Assembly: GCF_006345805.1 (NCBI RefSeq)
Contig: NC_043014.1
Span: 806,001-870,000 of the forward strand
DNA from: Octopus sinensis
Lineage: Eukaryota
Length of the DNA stretch: 64,000 bases
Reading direction: 5' to 3'
Made by a program: the position numbers and the translations under genes. Shown piece after piece: positions 46,817-59,150 of the stretch. The notes beneath the pieces are model-generated. The model saw nothing but the letters and a program-made list of their open reading frames with translations, had not been told where the DNA came from and did no database searches. Numbering within the stretch: position 1 is the first letter of the stretch; each line of letters begins with the position of its first letter.

Positions 46817-47411
46817 TGGTTGTGTGGTAATAAGGTGGTTAAGGTGGTGAACTGGCCGAACCGTTAGCACGCCGGACGAAATGCTTAGTGGTATTTCGTC
46901 TGCCGTTACGTTCTGAGTTCAAATTCTGCCGAGGTCAACTTTGCCTTTCATCCTTTCAGGGTCGATAAATTAAGTACCAGTTACACACTGGGGATCGATG
47001 TAATCAACTTAATCTGTGTCTGTCCTTGTTTGTCCTCTCTGTTTAGCCCCTTGTGGGTTGTAAAGAAATAGGTAATAAGGTGGTTCCAAGTTCAATCCCA
47101 CTGCCTGACCCTTGGGTAGGTATCTTTTAAATAGCACCAGGCCATGGAAAGCCTTGTTGAATGGATTTGGTACATGGAAACTGAAAGAAGCATATGTGTG
47201 TGTGTGTGTGTGCATTTGACCTCACTGTCACTGCTTGACAACTGGTGTTGGTTTGTTTATATCCTTGCAATTTAGAGGTTTGGCAAACAAGACTGATGGA
47301 ATAAATACCAAACTTAAAAATACACGTACTGTGGTCGAGTTGTTTGACTAAGCCCGAAAAAGGTGGTGCTCCAGCATGGCCACAGTCAAATGAATGAAAC
47401 AAATAAAGAGT
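46817..47411 (+). mobile_element. SINE family A interrupted by SINE B
   Basis: A head resumes after the B insertion (GGTTCCAAGTTCAATCCCACTG..GAAACTGAAAGAAGC) and ends GGTGCTCCAGCATGGCCACAGTCAAATG. Confidence 0.75.
46841..47070 (+). mobile_element. SINE family B with perfect 15-bp TSD
   Basis: GGTAATAAGGTGGTT at 46826-46840 and 47071-47085. Confidence 0.92.
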
Positions 47412-47479
47412 TAAAATGTGTTTGTATTTCCAACTCTGAACAGAGTCTTCATCAGTTTTTCCATTTGATGAGAAAATGG

Positions 47480-47680
47480 CTGTGAATCGGCAGAACTGAC
47501 ATCGAGAGACAGAATAGCTGTCTTGTAACTTTGGTTTCAGCTCTCTTTATGTTCTGAATTCAAATTCCACCAAGGTCAACTTTGCCATTTATCCTTTTGT
47601 GGTCATTTACTTGTCATGTAGTGAGGTTAATTTAATCAACTAACCCCTTCTTCTCAAAGTCGCTGGCCAGAAACTGAGGA
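47480..47680 (+). mobile_element. SINE family B, degenerate
   Basis: GTTCTGAATTCAAATTCCACCAAGGTCAACTTTGCC. Confidence 0.55.
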
Positions 47681-48969
47681 GAAGACAAAGCAGTCAAGCT
47701 GACGAAGGGGGTTGCACCAGCCACAGTTTTAAGCTGACATTTATTATTCTGATTGTGTGTCGTTGTTTTATGATAAATCACACTACACAGCACTTTATAA
47801 AGCCTGGTGCTTATTCTGTTGTCAGCTAAGTTACAGGGATGTAAGCCAACCAACACCAGTTTTCAAGAGGTGGTGGACACACACACACAAAGTACAACGA
47901 GATTCACGAAACTAAAGGTATTAAAACTTAGTTTTCTTGAGGAATCCTTTTGTGAAACCCTCATATTTTACAGACAAACCTCAGAACGATAAAATAATAT
48001 TAAACAGAAATTAAGATTTGTTTTAGAAAATTTATTCATAAGAATAACAGATTATTATTTCTAAAAGCATTGTAAAACGCAAAATATCCATAAAATATTT
48101 AATGAAACACGTAAAATGTTCCGAGACGAGAAACAATGAAAGGAGCACAACGTGGTCGCTAGAAATAACAGCCAAATCTTCTTATCGAATCTTGATGTCT
48201 TTAGGAAGGTTAGATATATTACTATAACTATTGGAACAGCCTGCATCGTAGATGAACTGGGGTTGGATCTAACTAGATCGCTAGAGCTAAACAACTGATA
48301 TTATTTCGTTTCCCTCAAATCGAAGTAGAAGTTCGATTACATAAGAACAAATTGATTAGAAAATGCGATCGGTATAAGTTCTAAAGAATAACAGAATACA
48401 TAATATTAACTGAAACAGAATGATAGAATAAAAACGAACACGAACGTCAATAAATATTCTAATGAAACAAACAATATCACAAAATGTGTTTAAAATTAAT
48501 TAGTTTTTGTTTTTAATACAAAACATTTAATTGTATAAAATAAATATTTAATAACGATACTTTCTTGTTTGAAGCAATATTTTAAAGAATGCAACAAGAA
48601 ACAGTGCAGAATATAAGAATTCGGATTCGTTTTAGTTCGTAATCTAATATTCTGTTATTCCAAGCGATAACGACCGAAAGCTGGAAGATTGCCAATAAAA
48701 CCGTCTCAATGTTTCCCCTCCATCATCTTTCGCTGACCTCTAAACTTATTTCAGACATTCTGTGTAAAAACAGCAAAACTGATCTCTTACACACATATTG
48801 TATTAATGAGATGAGGCCATCCTGGGGCAACGGGCACCTTGTTTCCTCACGCAGCGGCGCCTGACTTTGCTGAGAGAAACTTCAGGACGACGCGATTTGG
48901 TGTTCGGGGTCCAATAATTCCTGCCTCCAAACTCACTCTTCCCACTAGAAATAACAGCTAAATACTTCC

Positions 48970-49042
<73 letters not shown>

Positions 49043-49084
49043 ATTATTATTAAAGCTGCAAAAGCATCACATAAATATAATAAA

Positions 49085-49128
49085 AAACTGCTACTCCGAG
49101 TTTCACGTCCCCGTTCGTCGGATAGTTT
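49085..49128 (-). ncRNA. Type I minimal hammerhead-ribozyme-like motif (non-canonical CCGACGA core)
   Basis: Minus strand AAACTAT-CCGACGA-ACG GGGA CGT-GAA-ACTC G GAGT-A-GCAGTTT gives stem I (one mismatch), stem II ACG/CGT, GAAA, a quasi-palindromic stem III and a GUA cleavage triplet; it lies in a short (TAA)n-tailed repeat beside (TA)n. Confidence 0.55.
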
Positions 49129-49186
49129 GAGTTGAGAATGGAACAAAATTAAGTTTGTATGTTTCACACACATGTGCTTACTTTGG

Positions 49187-49238
<52 letters not shown>

Positions 49239-49241
<3 letters not shown>

Positions 49242-49581
49242 CGCAGGAGTGGCTGTGTGGTAAGTAGCTTGCTTACCAACCACATGGTTCCGGGGCAAGT
49301 GTCTTCTACTATAGCCCCGGGTCGACCAAAGCCTTGTGAGTGGATTTGGTAGACGGAAACTGAAAGAAGCCCGTCGTATATGTGTATATATATATGTGTG
49401 TGTGTGTGCATGTTTGTGTGTCTGTGTTTGTCCCCCTAGCTGGTGTGTTTGCGTCGGTTCGGCAAAAGAGACCGATAGAATAAGTACTGTGCTTACAAAA
49501 GAATAAATCCCGGGGTCGATTTGCTCGATTAAAGGCAGTGCTCCAGCATGGCCGCAGTCAAATGACTGAAACAAGTAAAAG
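49239..49581 (+). mobile_element. SINE family A
   Basis: GGCGCAGGAGTGGCTGTGTGGTAAGTAGCTTGCTTACCAACC..GGTGCTCCAGCATGGCCGCAGTCAAATGACTGAAACAAGTAAAA. Confidence 0.9.
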
Positions 49582-50190
49582 TGTATTATGTATGTAAGTA
49601 CGTACGTACGTGTGTGCGCGTGTGTGTGAGTGTGTGTATAAATGTATACACATAGACTACAGAAAAATCATGACATACAAGAGGTGAATATATTTATCTA
49701 ACCTACGGATATGCCAAGTGGTTAAGTGAATACATTCACCTCTCGTAGCGCCTGACATTTTATGGTCGAGAAACACCTCATGAAATAATTTCATAGAGAT
49801 TGCCTCTCCTGAATTCCAGCTGCCCAATACTCAGCATTATATTCCTCTGTATCGAATTATTATGTGATATGATAGCTGGGTCCACTAGAGGAGCTTTCTG
49901 TGATTGCCTCGGGATTCCAGGAATCCATGCACACCTGGCTACTTTTTCTGATCAGTTGTTGTGCACCTGAGCACTGTATACAATAAGTTCATTATGATTT
50001 TTTATTATGATATATTGCACTACAAATTTATATGGTAAGATCAGCCGTAATGGATGTATAAAACTCTACACTTCGATTAACACACACACACACACATTTT
50101 AAATGATTAATACGTAAGAGAGAGTGTACTGGAAGCTTTATTTATGACCAGAATCGTTTCGGTTTCTGGCCTGCTCCCTCATGAATGGGA

Positions 50191-50360
50191 AATGATGTAA
50201 TGGAATCGAATGTATCCCAGGGTGCAGAAGAAGCCTCCTCAGGTCACACAAAGCGGTTCAGTGTTATCGAATGTACGTACATGTTATAACAGTGAACCAC
50301 TTTGTGTGACCTGAGGCAGTTTTCTGCAATAAGGGGTGCATTCGATTCCATTACATCATT
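50191..50360. repeat. 170-bp imperfect palindrome (fold-back)
   Basis: Arms 50191-50267 and 50286-50360 are reverse complements, with perfect 22-bp and 17-bp blocks; palindromic centre ATGTACGTACAT. Confidence 0.92.
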
Positions 50361-50848
50361 CTCCACCCACTGGGACAGCGTAGAAGTAAGCCGAAATGGT
50401 CGTTGTCCTGTATTAAGGGCAAAATTTCGATATTAAGTACCGTAAATGTCAAAAATGTACGTGCTTTTTGTACCTCGAAAGATCACCCATCCAGCAGCGA
50501 GAGTGCGCTACACCAGATAACGCCTGGTAACCGCAAGGACTTGAACGTGCTCTGCAGGCGCACGACAAGGGACCTTGCCATAACAAGGTTCGGATACTAC
50601 ACCTTAAACTCTCCTACCTAAACTTCTATTTTAAACACAACTTATATGAACACATTGATACGTACGTACGTACATGTGTGAGTGTGTGTGTGTGTAGATA
50701 CACACACACATGCACGCCCCACCCAACACACACTCGGTAAAAGTTGCAAAGTGACTTAAACTGGATTGATTCTTGTTAAACTTTTTGGTAAGTGTCAATG
50801 CACAAATCTTTCGATCATCGAGTTACTTTGTAATTCCTGAAGATTAAA

Positions 50849-50938
50849 TTATCTATCTTCCTGTCTGTCTGTCTGTCTATCTATCTTCCTGTCTGTCTAT
50901 ATATCTATCTATCTGTCTATCTATATCTATCTATCTTC

Positions 50939-50977
<39 letters not shown>

Positions 50978-51053
50978 TCTATCCCTCTCTTTCTCTCTCT
51001 CTCTCTCTATCTATTTATCTATCTGTCTGTCTGTCTATCTATCTTCCTGTCTG

Positions 51054-51084
<31 letters not shown>

Positions 51085-51283
51085 GTCTGTCTGTCTATAT
51101 ATCTATATGTCTGTCTGTCTGTCTATCTATCTTCCTGTCTGTCTGTCTATATATCTATCTATCTGTCTATCTATATCTATCTATCTTCCTGTCTGTCTAT
51201 CTATCTATCTATCTATCTATCTATCCCTCTCTTTCTCTCTCTCTCTCTATCTATCTATCTATCCCTCTCTTTCTCTCTCTATC

Positions 51284-51318
<35 letters not shown>

Positions 51319-51365
51319 GTCTGTCTGTCTATATATCTATATGTCTGTCTGTCTGTCTATCTATA
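50849..51365. repeat. (TCTA)n/(TCTG)n compound array with higher-order duplication
   Basis: GATA/GACA-type units; the block starting ~50850 recurs at ~51110. Confidence 0.92.
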
Positions 51366-51639
51366 ACTTGAACACTATATCTAAATAGGAAGGTATTTAA
51401 ACGTAAACAAAAAAGAAGAAAAGGAAGGCGGTGTAGTCACGACTGTAACGCTTTTAACATTAGATATCTGTTTGATGAGGCCAGAGTGTAAGCGTTAACG
51501 ACGCCAATAAGGAATAGAGACAAGGAATAGTTAAAAGGTGGAGGAGGTCATTGAACTCTGGGACGGACGAATAGACGAAGGGAGGTAATTAGGGCAAGTT
51601 TTGCGGCAAAGACAGTTGGATTGTCTAAACTGACGTTCA

Positions 51640-51860
51640 ATGACCATATTTGTCTGTCTGTTTGTCTCTCTCCCTCTCTGTCTATCTATTTATCTGTTTG
51701 TCTGTCTGCCTGCCTGTCTGTCTGTTTGTCTATCTGTCTGTCTACCTGTCTGTCTGTCTGCCTGCCTGTCTGTCTGACTGTCTACACACCTACCAACCAA
51801 CCTACCTACATACCTGCCTATATAATCAGTATGTATATATATATATATATATATATATAC
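51640..51860. repeat. (TCTG)/(CCTA)/(TA) microsatellite
   Basis: Direct reading. Confidence 0.9.
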
Positions 51861-51939
51861 AAATATATTTTTCCACTCACAGTTTGCCAGAAGATCCTGT
51901 ATTTAGTACTCTTTTTCTCCCATAGTTAATACTAAATGG

Positions 51940-51971
<32 letters not shown>

Positions 51972-52117
51972 ATCACTTAATGTACACAGTATTTAAAATA
52001 AGAGCTACAAAGAGTTTCTTGTCATGGAGACACCGAGCCTGCAGATGCAAAGCACATTATATAGATTTACAAGAAACGATTAGTATCTCGCATTTTAAAT
52101 ACTGTGGACATTAAATG

Positions 52118-52263
52118 ATTCAAAGTTCTCTATCTTCAGTTAAGAACCAGATTATCCTCGCAATTTCGGCTGATTATTCTTGAGATTGCTCCAATCTGGC
52201 CAGCCCCAAAGAAAAACTAAGCTAAGAGCATTGGTTCTTGACTGAAGATAGACAACTTCGAAT
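52118..52263. repeat. 32-bp inverted repeat with 82-bp spacer within an unclassified interspersed repeat
   Basis: ATTCAAAGTTCTCTATCTTCAGTTAAGAACCA (52118-52149) versus reverse complement of 52232-52263, 3 mismatches. Confidence 0.8.
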
Positions 52264-52479
52264 GACTCGTCCTTGTTTTCTTTGTATTGTCTCTCTGGAT
52301 GTCATGTAATTAAGAAATATGTAATTTCTTTGGACTAATGGTTATCAACCTGATGTGTGCAATGTTATCAGATGCATAAAATCTCACCCACAACAGATAG
52401 TTTCTGGATGAGTCAAAACAATTATCGTAATGAATGAAGACTTGTGCCCAATCTATCTATCTTTCTTTCATCAATTATT

Positions 52480-53560
52480 CATCATCATCATCGTTTAAAG
52501 TCTACTTTCCATGCTGTCATGGGTTGGACAGTCTGACTGGTGATTGGCAAGGCAGTAACCTGTGCCAGGCTCCAGTTTGATCTGGCAATGTTTCTACAGC
52601 TGGATGCCATTCCTAATGCCAACCACTCCGAAAGTATAGTGGGTGCTTTTTACGTGTCACCAACATGGGAACCAGTCAGGTGGCACTGGCATTGACCACG
52701 TTTGCATGGTGCTTTTTACGTGCCACCAATATGGGGAGTCAGTCAGGCAGCACTGACATCAACCCATGCTCAAATGGTGTTTATTACGTGCCACCAGCAT
52801 GAGTGTCCGTCAGGCGGCATCGGTCACGATTACAATTTTGATTTCACTTGATTCAACAGGTCTTCTCAAACACATTACATCAGCCGACGCATCAAGGGTA
52901 CTTTTAAAAAGGCCAGTTATGCAACATTTAGTTGCCAGGTCTTCTCAATCACAACATATCTCCAAAGGTCTCAGTCTCTTGTCAATGCCTCTGTGAGACC
53001 CAACGTTTGAAGGTCATGCTTTCCCACCTCATCCCATGTCTTCCTGGGTCTACCTCTTCCACTGTTAGGGTGTGACACTTCTTCACACAGCTGTCCTCAT
53101 CCATACGCAACACATGACCATACCAGCGCAGTCGTCTCTCTTGCACACCACATCTGATGCTTCTTATGTCCAACTTTTCTCTCAAGGTATTTACACTCTG
53201 TCGTGTATGCACACTGACATTACACATCCAGCAGAACATCCTAGCTTCATTTCTTTCAAGCCTACACGTGTCCTCAATAGTCATGGACAATGTTTCACTG
53301 CCGTGTAGCATGGCTTTTCAAACACATGCATCATACAGTCCACCTTTCATTCTGAGTGAGAGGTCCTTAGTTACCAGCAGAGAGGCAGGAGCTCTCTGAA
53401 CTTTGCCCAGGCTATTCATATTCTAGCAGCTATGCTCCCAGAGTATCCAGCCCTGCTACAGACTTTGTCACCTACGTAATGGAAGCTTTTCAACTAGAAA
53501 GCTCACATAGAAAGGACCAATGTTGATGTCTCACAACCAAAATAAACTCATTCAACTGAT
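52480..53560 (-). mobile_element. RTE LINE, 5'-truncated
   Basis: ORF 52982-53311: MLHGSET..LREKLDIRSIRCGVQERRLRWYGHVLRMDEDSCVKKCHTL; 3' UTR and (GAT)n tail at 52480. Confidence 0.9.
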
Positions 53561-53911
53561 TGGCCATCCACCACTCAAGCACAACTCAGAGATGTCCATT
53601 CTCCTCTTTCTCACTCTTCTACAATGAAATGGAACTTTGTCACTTGACCGATTGACATTCAATCCCTAATGGGTGGCCACACTCTGGCCCTTCAGCTGCA
53701 CACATGATGTCTTCTCTCTCTCTCTCACACTAATATGGCCTCTGCTCTTTTCATATCAAGACCAATATTTAGGGCTTTCGATCTATTCACCTCTCCTCTT
53801 GTAACTCTTTTTACATCCAACTCTCCTCCCTGCCACCTTACTCTTCACTCACCCAGTCCTTCCACCCCCAAACATCATCCTTCTGGAATCACACAATGAC
53901 CAACAACAGTT

Positions 53912-54131
53912 TTAATCCTTTACTCTGTCAAATGCTAATCCTTATTTATTCACATTGTTTTGTTTTAATCCAGGATTATCTCATTACTACAAGGTTTTGA
54001 TGATGTGATTGTTTATTTTAAGGATAACATTGTAGGGTAGGTGTGAGAGGCCAGCTTTGGCTTGTTTGACCATAAAAAGGGGGAGAATATTTGGGGCCAG
54101 AAAAGGGTCAGTTTAAATGCTGGAGTGTTAA
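53912..54131. mobile_element. Possible TTAA-flanked (piggyBac-like) MITE, degenerate
   Basis: TTAA at both ends (53912-53915, 54128-54131); terminal repeats are poorly preserved. Confidence 0.35.
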
Positions 54132-55099
54132 ACAGAACATTAATAGCCCCAACGTCACCAGACTCCGAGGAGAAAGGACTGCAAGGGCCACAGGGGCCGT
54201 TTCTTCATTCCACAATCAACAAATACAATAAAAAAAAAAAGAAAAGGAAAAAAAAACTGAAGAAAGTTTGATAAATATCAGTTTTATTACACACTGTTAC
54301 AGGTTAACTGCCCACCCCCCCACTTCGAATAAAAAAAAAAAGAAGAGAGAGAGAGTTTATACATTGGAAGGAAGGAAACCTTCTTGGGTGAACAGAACCT
54401 TGAAACCCCTTTTCAAAGTATATCATCATCATCATCATTATTATCATCATAGTCATCATTATAATATTAATTCAAGTGAAAACAAGAGAGAGAGATGGGG
54501 GCAGGGGTGTCAACAAATTTTCTATATTTACAACTTCTCGGGGGACGAGGAAATCAAATCAGGGGGTAAAACTGAAATATTTCTAACTAAGATTTTCTTC
54601 TGCAAATCTTTTACAGAACAGAAATGTCTTTTTGTTGTTGTTGTTGTTTTTGCTTTTTAATTCTTTGAGAAACAGAAGACCAAGTCTGAACGATTTCCAA
54701 CAATTTTAGGGGCCAATTGGGGTGGGGGTCAGGTGGGTGAGGGGCGTTTGAGATTTCGACTCAAAGTGAATGAGTTAGTGATGTCTTTTCATTAGTTCTT
54801 TTCGAGTAATTAATAATTTTGTTCTAAATCAAAGAATATGAGGCAGGAGTTAATTATAAATATATTTACAGGAGAATTGCAAGTGGAAAGTGTGGCTGTT
54901 GGTAGAAAGTGTGTGTGTGTGTGTCGATTGAAAGAGAAGTTATGTGTGTGTGTGTGTCGATTGAAAGAGAAATTGTGTGTGTGTGTGTGTCTTTCACTGG
55001 TAGAAATGAATTCACTGTCAAAAAGAAAACCTCAATTTCTGTTTCTATTTCAAAGGCAAGAGACTTTCCCTCTTAGAAACATAATCAGATGATAAGCCA

Positions 55100-55126
55100 T
55101 GAACATACATACATACATACACACAT

Positions 55127-55175
<49 letters not shown>

Positions 55176-55234
55176 AGTCATACATATATATATATATATT
55201 TATATACATATATGTGCATGTATATACGTATATA

Positions 55235-55271
<37 letters not shown>

Positions 55272-55502
55272 CTATACAAACATGCATATATGTATATACA
55301 CTCACGCACATACATATATACACATATGTAATACAAATATATATATGTACGCATATATAGATACACACACACACACATATATATATATACATACATACGT
55401 ATATATATACATACATATGTATATATACATACATATATATACATATATAATATATATATACATACATACATATATATATACATATATATATACATACATA
55501 CA

Positions 55503-55534
<32 letters not shown>

Positions 55535-55845
55535 CACATATATATACATACACACATATATACATACATATATTTATACATACATATATACATACATACA
55601 CATATATATACATACATATACACATACATACATACATATATATAGATATATATACATACATATATACATGCATATATATACATACATATTTATATACATA
55701 TATATAGATATATATACACACACATATATATACAAATACATATATATATATATATATAAATACATATATATATATAAATACATATATATATATATAAATA
55801 CATATATAAATATACATATATAAATACATATATATATACATATAT

Positions 55846-55878
<33 letters not shown>

Positions 55879-55970
55879 CATACACATACATACATATATA
55901 CACACACATATACATACATTTATATATACGCATATATATACACACACACACACACATATATATATATACT
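55100..55970. repeat. About 870-bp (TA)/(CA) compound microsatellite
   Basis: Direct reading. Confidence 0.97.
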
Positions 55971-56227
55971 GTTGTGTCTGGGGAGAGTCAGTCTCTTTTG
56001 GTGCCTTATAATTTAACACACTCATCGGTAAAATCTCCACTTATTTCTTTTTTATCTTTCTAAAATTTCCATTGAGTCTTACAAAAGAAATAAAGGGAAA
56101 CTTTACCAGTGAGTGTGTTAAATAATAAGGGGCACCAAAAGGGAATGACTCTCCGCAGACACAACAGAATATCCTTCAACACAAGAACTCACATAAAGAA
56201 TCTTGCAAACCAAATCCAAAAGGGAAA

Positions 56228-56368
56228 TATATATACATATATATATATCCAAATACATACATATATATATATATATTTCCCTATACATACACACATATAT
56301 ATATCCACATACATATGTACATACATACATATATCATCATTGTTCAATGTCCATATATGTATATATAT

Positions 56369-56406
<38 letters not shown>

Positions 56407-56470
56407 GTATATATACATACATACAGATGTAAATATGTACAACATTTATATATATAAAATTTTATACATA
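56228..56470. repeat. (TA)/(TG) microsatellite
   Basis: Direct reading. Confidence 0.9.
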
Positions 56471-57519
56471 TAAAATAAATGTGAAAAGAAAACCATTCAT
56501 TGCTTTTTTTTTTGAAATTGTTAAAATCCAAATTTATTTACAAGAAAAAAAAAGAAAAAAAGAGAAATGTTTTTTCACTGACTTCTCATAGAGAAGCGAT
56601 AATGGTTTCGGAATCACTGTGCCATTGTGTCACAACCTGGTCTCTGGGAACCTCACAACACCTCAATCATCACTCATAACAGAAAAGGGTTCAGTTGGTA
56701 GCATTTTACTAAATGACACTCAAACAGGGAAAGATTGGAATCAAATTAACAGCATTATTATTATTATTATTGTTTCTCAGGCAGAAATCCATGAATTTTG
56801 AAGGAAGAAGGGAGTCAATGCCATTGATTGCTATATTCTATCAACCCTGGAGGTCGGTAAGATAGGATACCTGTCACGTACTGGGGGTGGGCGGGTGGCA
56901 ATGACTATTCTTTACCCCCTTAAAATTGTTAGCCTTGAGCCTAAAATAGATTATTATTATTATTATTTCTCTCAAATCTCAAAAATTGTGAACTGAAGGT
57001 TGGGTTTCCAATGTTCTCCAGTTGGAGTAGAATGGTAAAAGGGGACACGGTAGGGAAAAGTTCTTTGGAATAAATAAAAGAAGCAGCAAAATACCAAAAA
57101 ATATCAAATATTTACAACTCTAAGGATTAAATGCTTTTTTCTTTTATCCAACATCTGCTGCTAATGAAGAGAAAATTAACTAAAATATTTCCATAAAAAT
57201 TTCAAACAAGGATTAAGAGCTGATGCAAGAATATGGGTTTCTGGAAGGATTAAGGAGATTAAAAGAGTTGTTTGGTGGATCAAGCAACAACGAATTAAGC
57301 AAAATGTCCTGGATTAAACAAAGAGTGGATTGCTGGATCTAAAGAATAAGGAGCTTAGCACAGATGGATCTCTGGATTGAGCAACTTAAAACAGATTGTT
57401 TCCAGGACTGAAACATGTGAACATCCCTAGGTACGGATTCATTCAACAACGGTCAAATCAGAAAACAGAGACAACCGTGGTTACTTGCCCATAAACAACA
57501 TACTAACACTACTTGCCCC

Positions 57520-57528
57520 TTATATATA

Positions 57529-57574
<46 letters not shown>

Positions 57575-57590
57575 ATATATATATATATGT

Positions 57591-57621
<31 letters not shown>

Positions 57622-57744
57622 TATGTATATACATATATATACACAAACACACACACATATATATATACACACACACACATATATATATATACATACACAC
57701 ACACACACATATATATATATACATACACACACATATATATATAT
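57520..57744. repeat. (TA)/(TG)/(CA) microsatellite
   Basis: Direct reading. Confidence 0.95.
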
Positions 57745-58050
57745 GTGGAGGTGCAATGGCCCAGTGGTTAGGGCAGCAGACTTGCAGTTGTAGGATCACA
57801 GTTTTGATTCCCAGACCGGGCGTTGTGAGTGTTTATTGAGCAAAAACACCTAAATCTCCACGAGGCTCCGCCAGGGGGTGGTGGTGATCCCTGCTGTACT
57901 CTTTCGCCACAACTTTCTCTCACTCTTTCTTCTGTTGGCCTGCTCGCTTAGCCAGCAGTGTGGCATCATTTGAAGGCTAAAAACAATGCGAAGCGCATTG
58001 TGACCAGCGATGTGTAACAACATCTGATAGCCTGGTCGGTCACGCTGATC
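57745..58050 (+). mobile_element. SINE with family C head and tail type 2
   Basis: 57745-57927 matches 24822-25002; 57930-58050 matches the family D tail at 25405-25500. Confidence 0.85.
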
Positions 58051-58554
58051 TATGCATATATATATATTTATACATAAATACACACACACACAAACATGTG
58101 TGTGTGTATATATGTCATAGAAAATTTGCTTGCCAGAATGACCGATGATGGTTGAGTAAATGATTCTCTAGAAAACGGTGACACCCAGAATAAAATAGAG
58201 GGGTGGGGCAGTATTTTTACTTACAATCTGAGGATTAATGACTAAACAGGGAGGTATGTGACCACTAGAGACACTCCTGGAGTAGTGTTGGTCGTATTAA
58301 GACAGAGAGATGTGTAACTATTCTTGGGACAAACAGGAACCAATGTGATCCGTTTCAAGACTTGGCAGCAACTTGGAACAGGAGAACATTGTAGTCTATA
58401 AAAGAAGGTACCAGGGTCCTTGCAGCAGAGATGTTGAGAAAGTGTGGTGTTTAGTCGTTAATTAATTAATTAATGTCTTTGTATTGATTGACGATTTCTT
58501 CTGGCAGTGAGTAGCTTGGTTTAATTTGCTTTTCAATATTTATGCAGGCTCTGC

Positions 58555-58594
<40 letters not shown>

Positions 58595-59150
58595 CATTAT
58601 TTGTGTTGTACTCTTCTAAAGAATCTAAATTGCTGAAGAATTTTCGAAACTGAATTTTCTTCCAGATTCAATAACAGAGAGAAATAATAAAAAAAAAACT
58701 GAAAATCAACAAAGAAATTTGAGGAACAAAATAAACATTATCAAAGTTTCTTATATCAAATGTTTATGTTTTAAGGAGAGAGGGGTGGGGGTGAGAGATG
58801 CAGAACTGTTAAGAGACCCCCTCCCCACACACTGACCCCTACAAACAAACAAATTTCAAAAATGGGCTGCAATTTTAAAACTTCACACATTTTATTGGGA
58901 TTTAGATTTTGTAATATTTATTGTTTTTTTTACCTCATTTATACAATTACTTTCTGTACAATTGAATAAGTGGAATTACAGGTATATATAAGTGCATGTG
59001 CTTGTGTGTGTCACACAATCACACAAACATGAGGAGAGAGAGAGAGAGAGAGAGTTCCCCCTCACCGTTTTTTCAGGCCTTTGTTTTTTTTTATGTAGGC
59101 TTTTGTACTGTGAATGCAATAAAACACACACACACACACACACACACAGG

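Noticed and set aside
50520-50595. GGTAACCGCAAGGA and TAACAAGGTT resemble SSU rRNA 3' motifs
   Set aside because: Short, non-collinear matches with no surrounding rRNA similarity.
58130-58480. Possible decayed CR1-like RT on the minus strand
   Set aside because: Similarity is too weak to support by eye.
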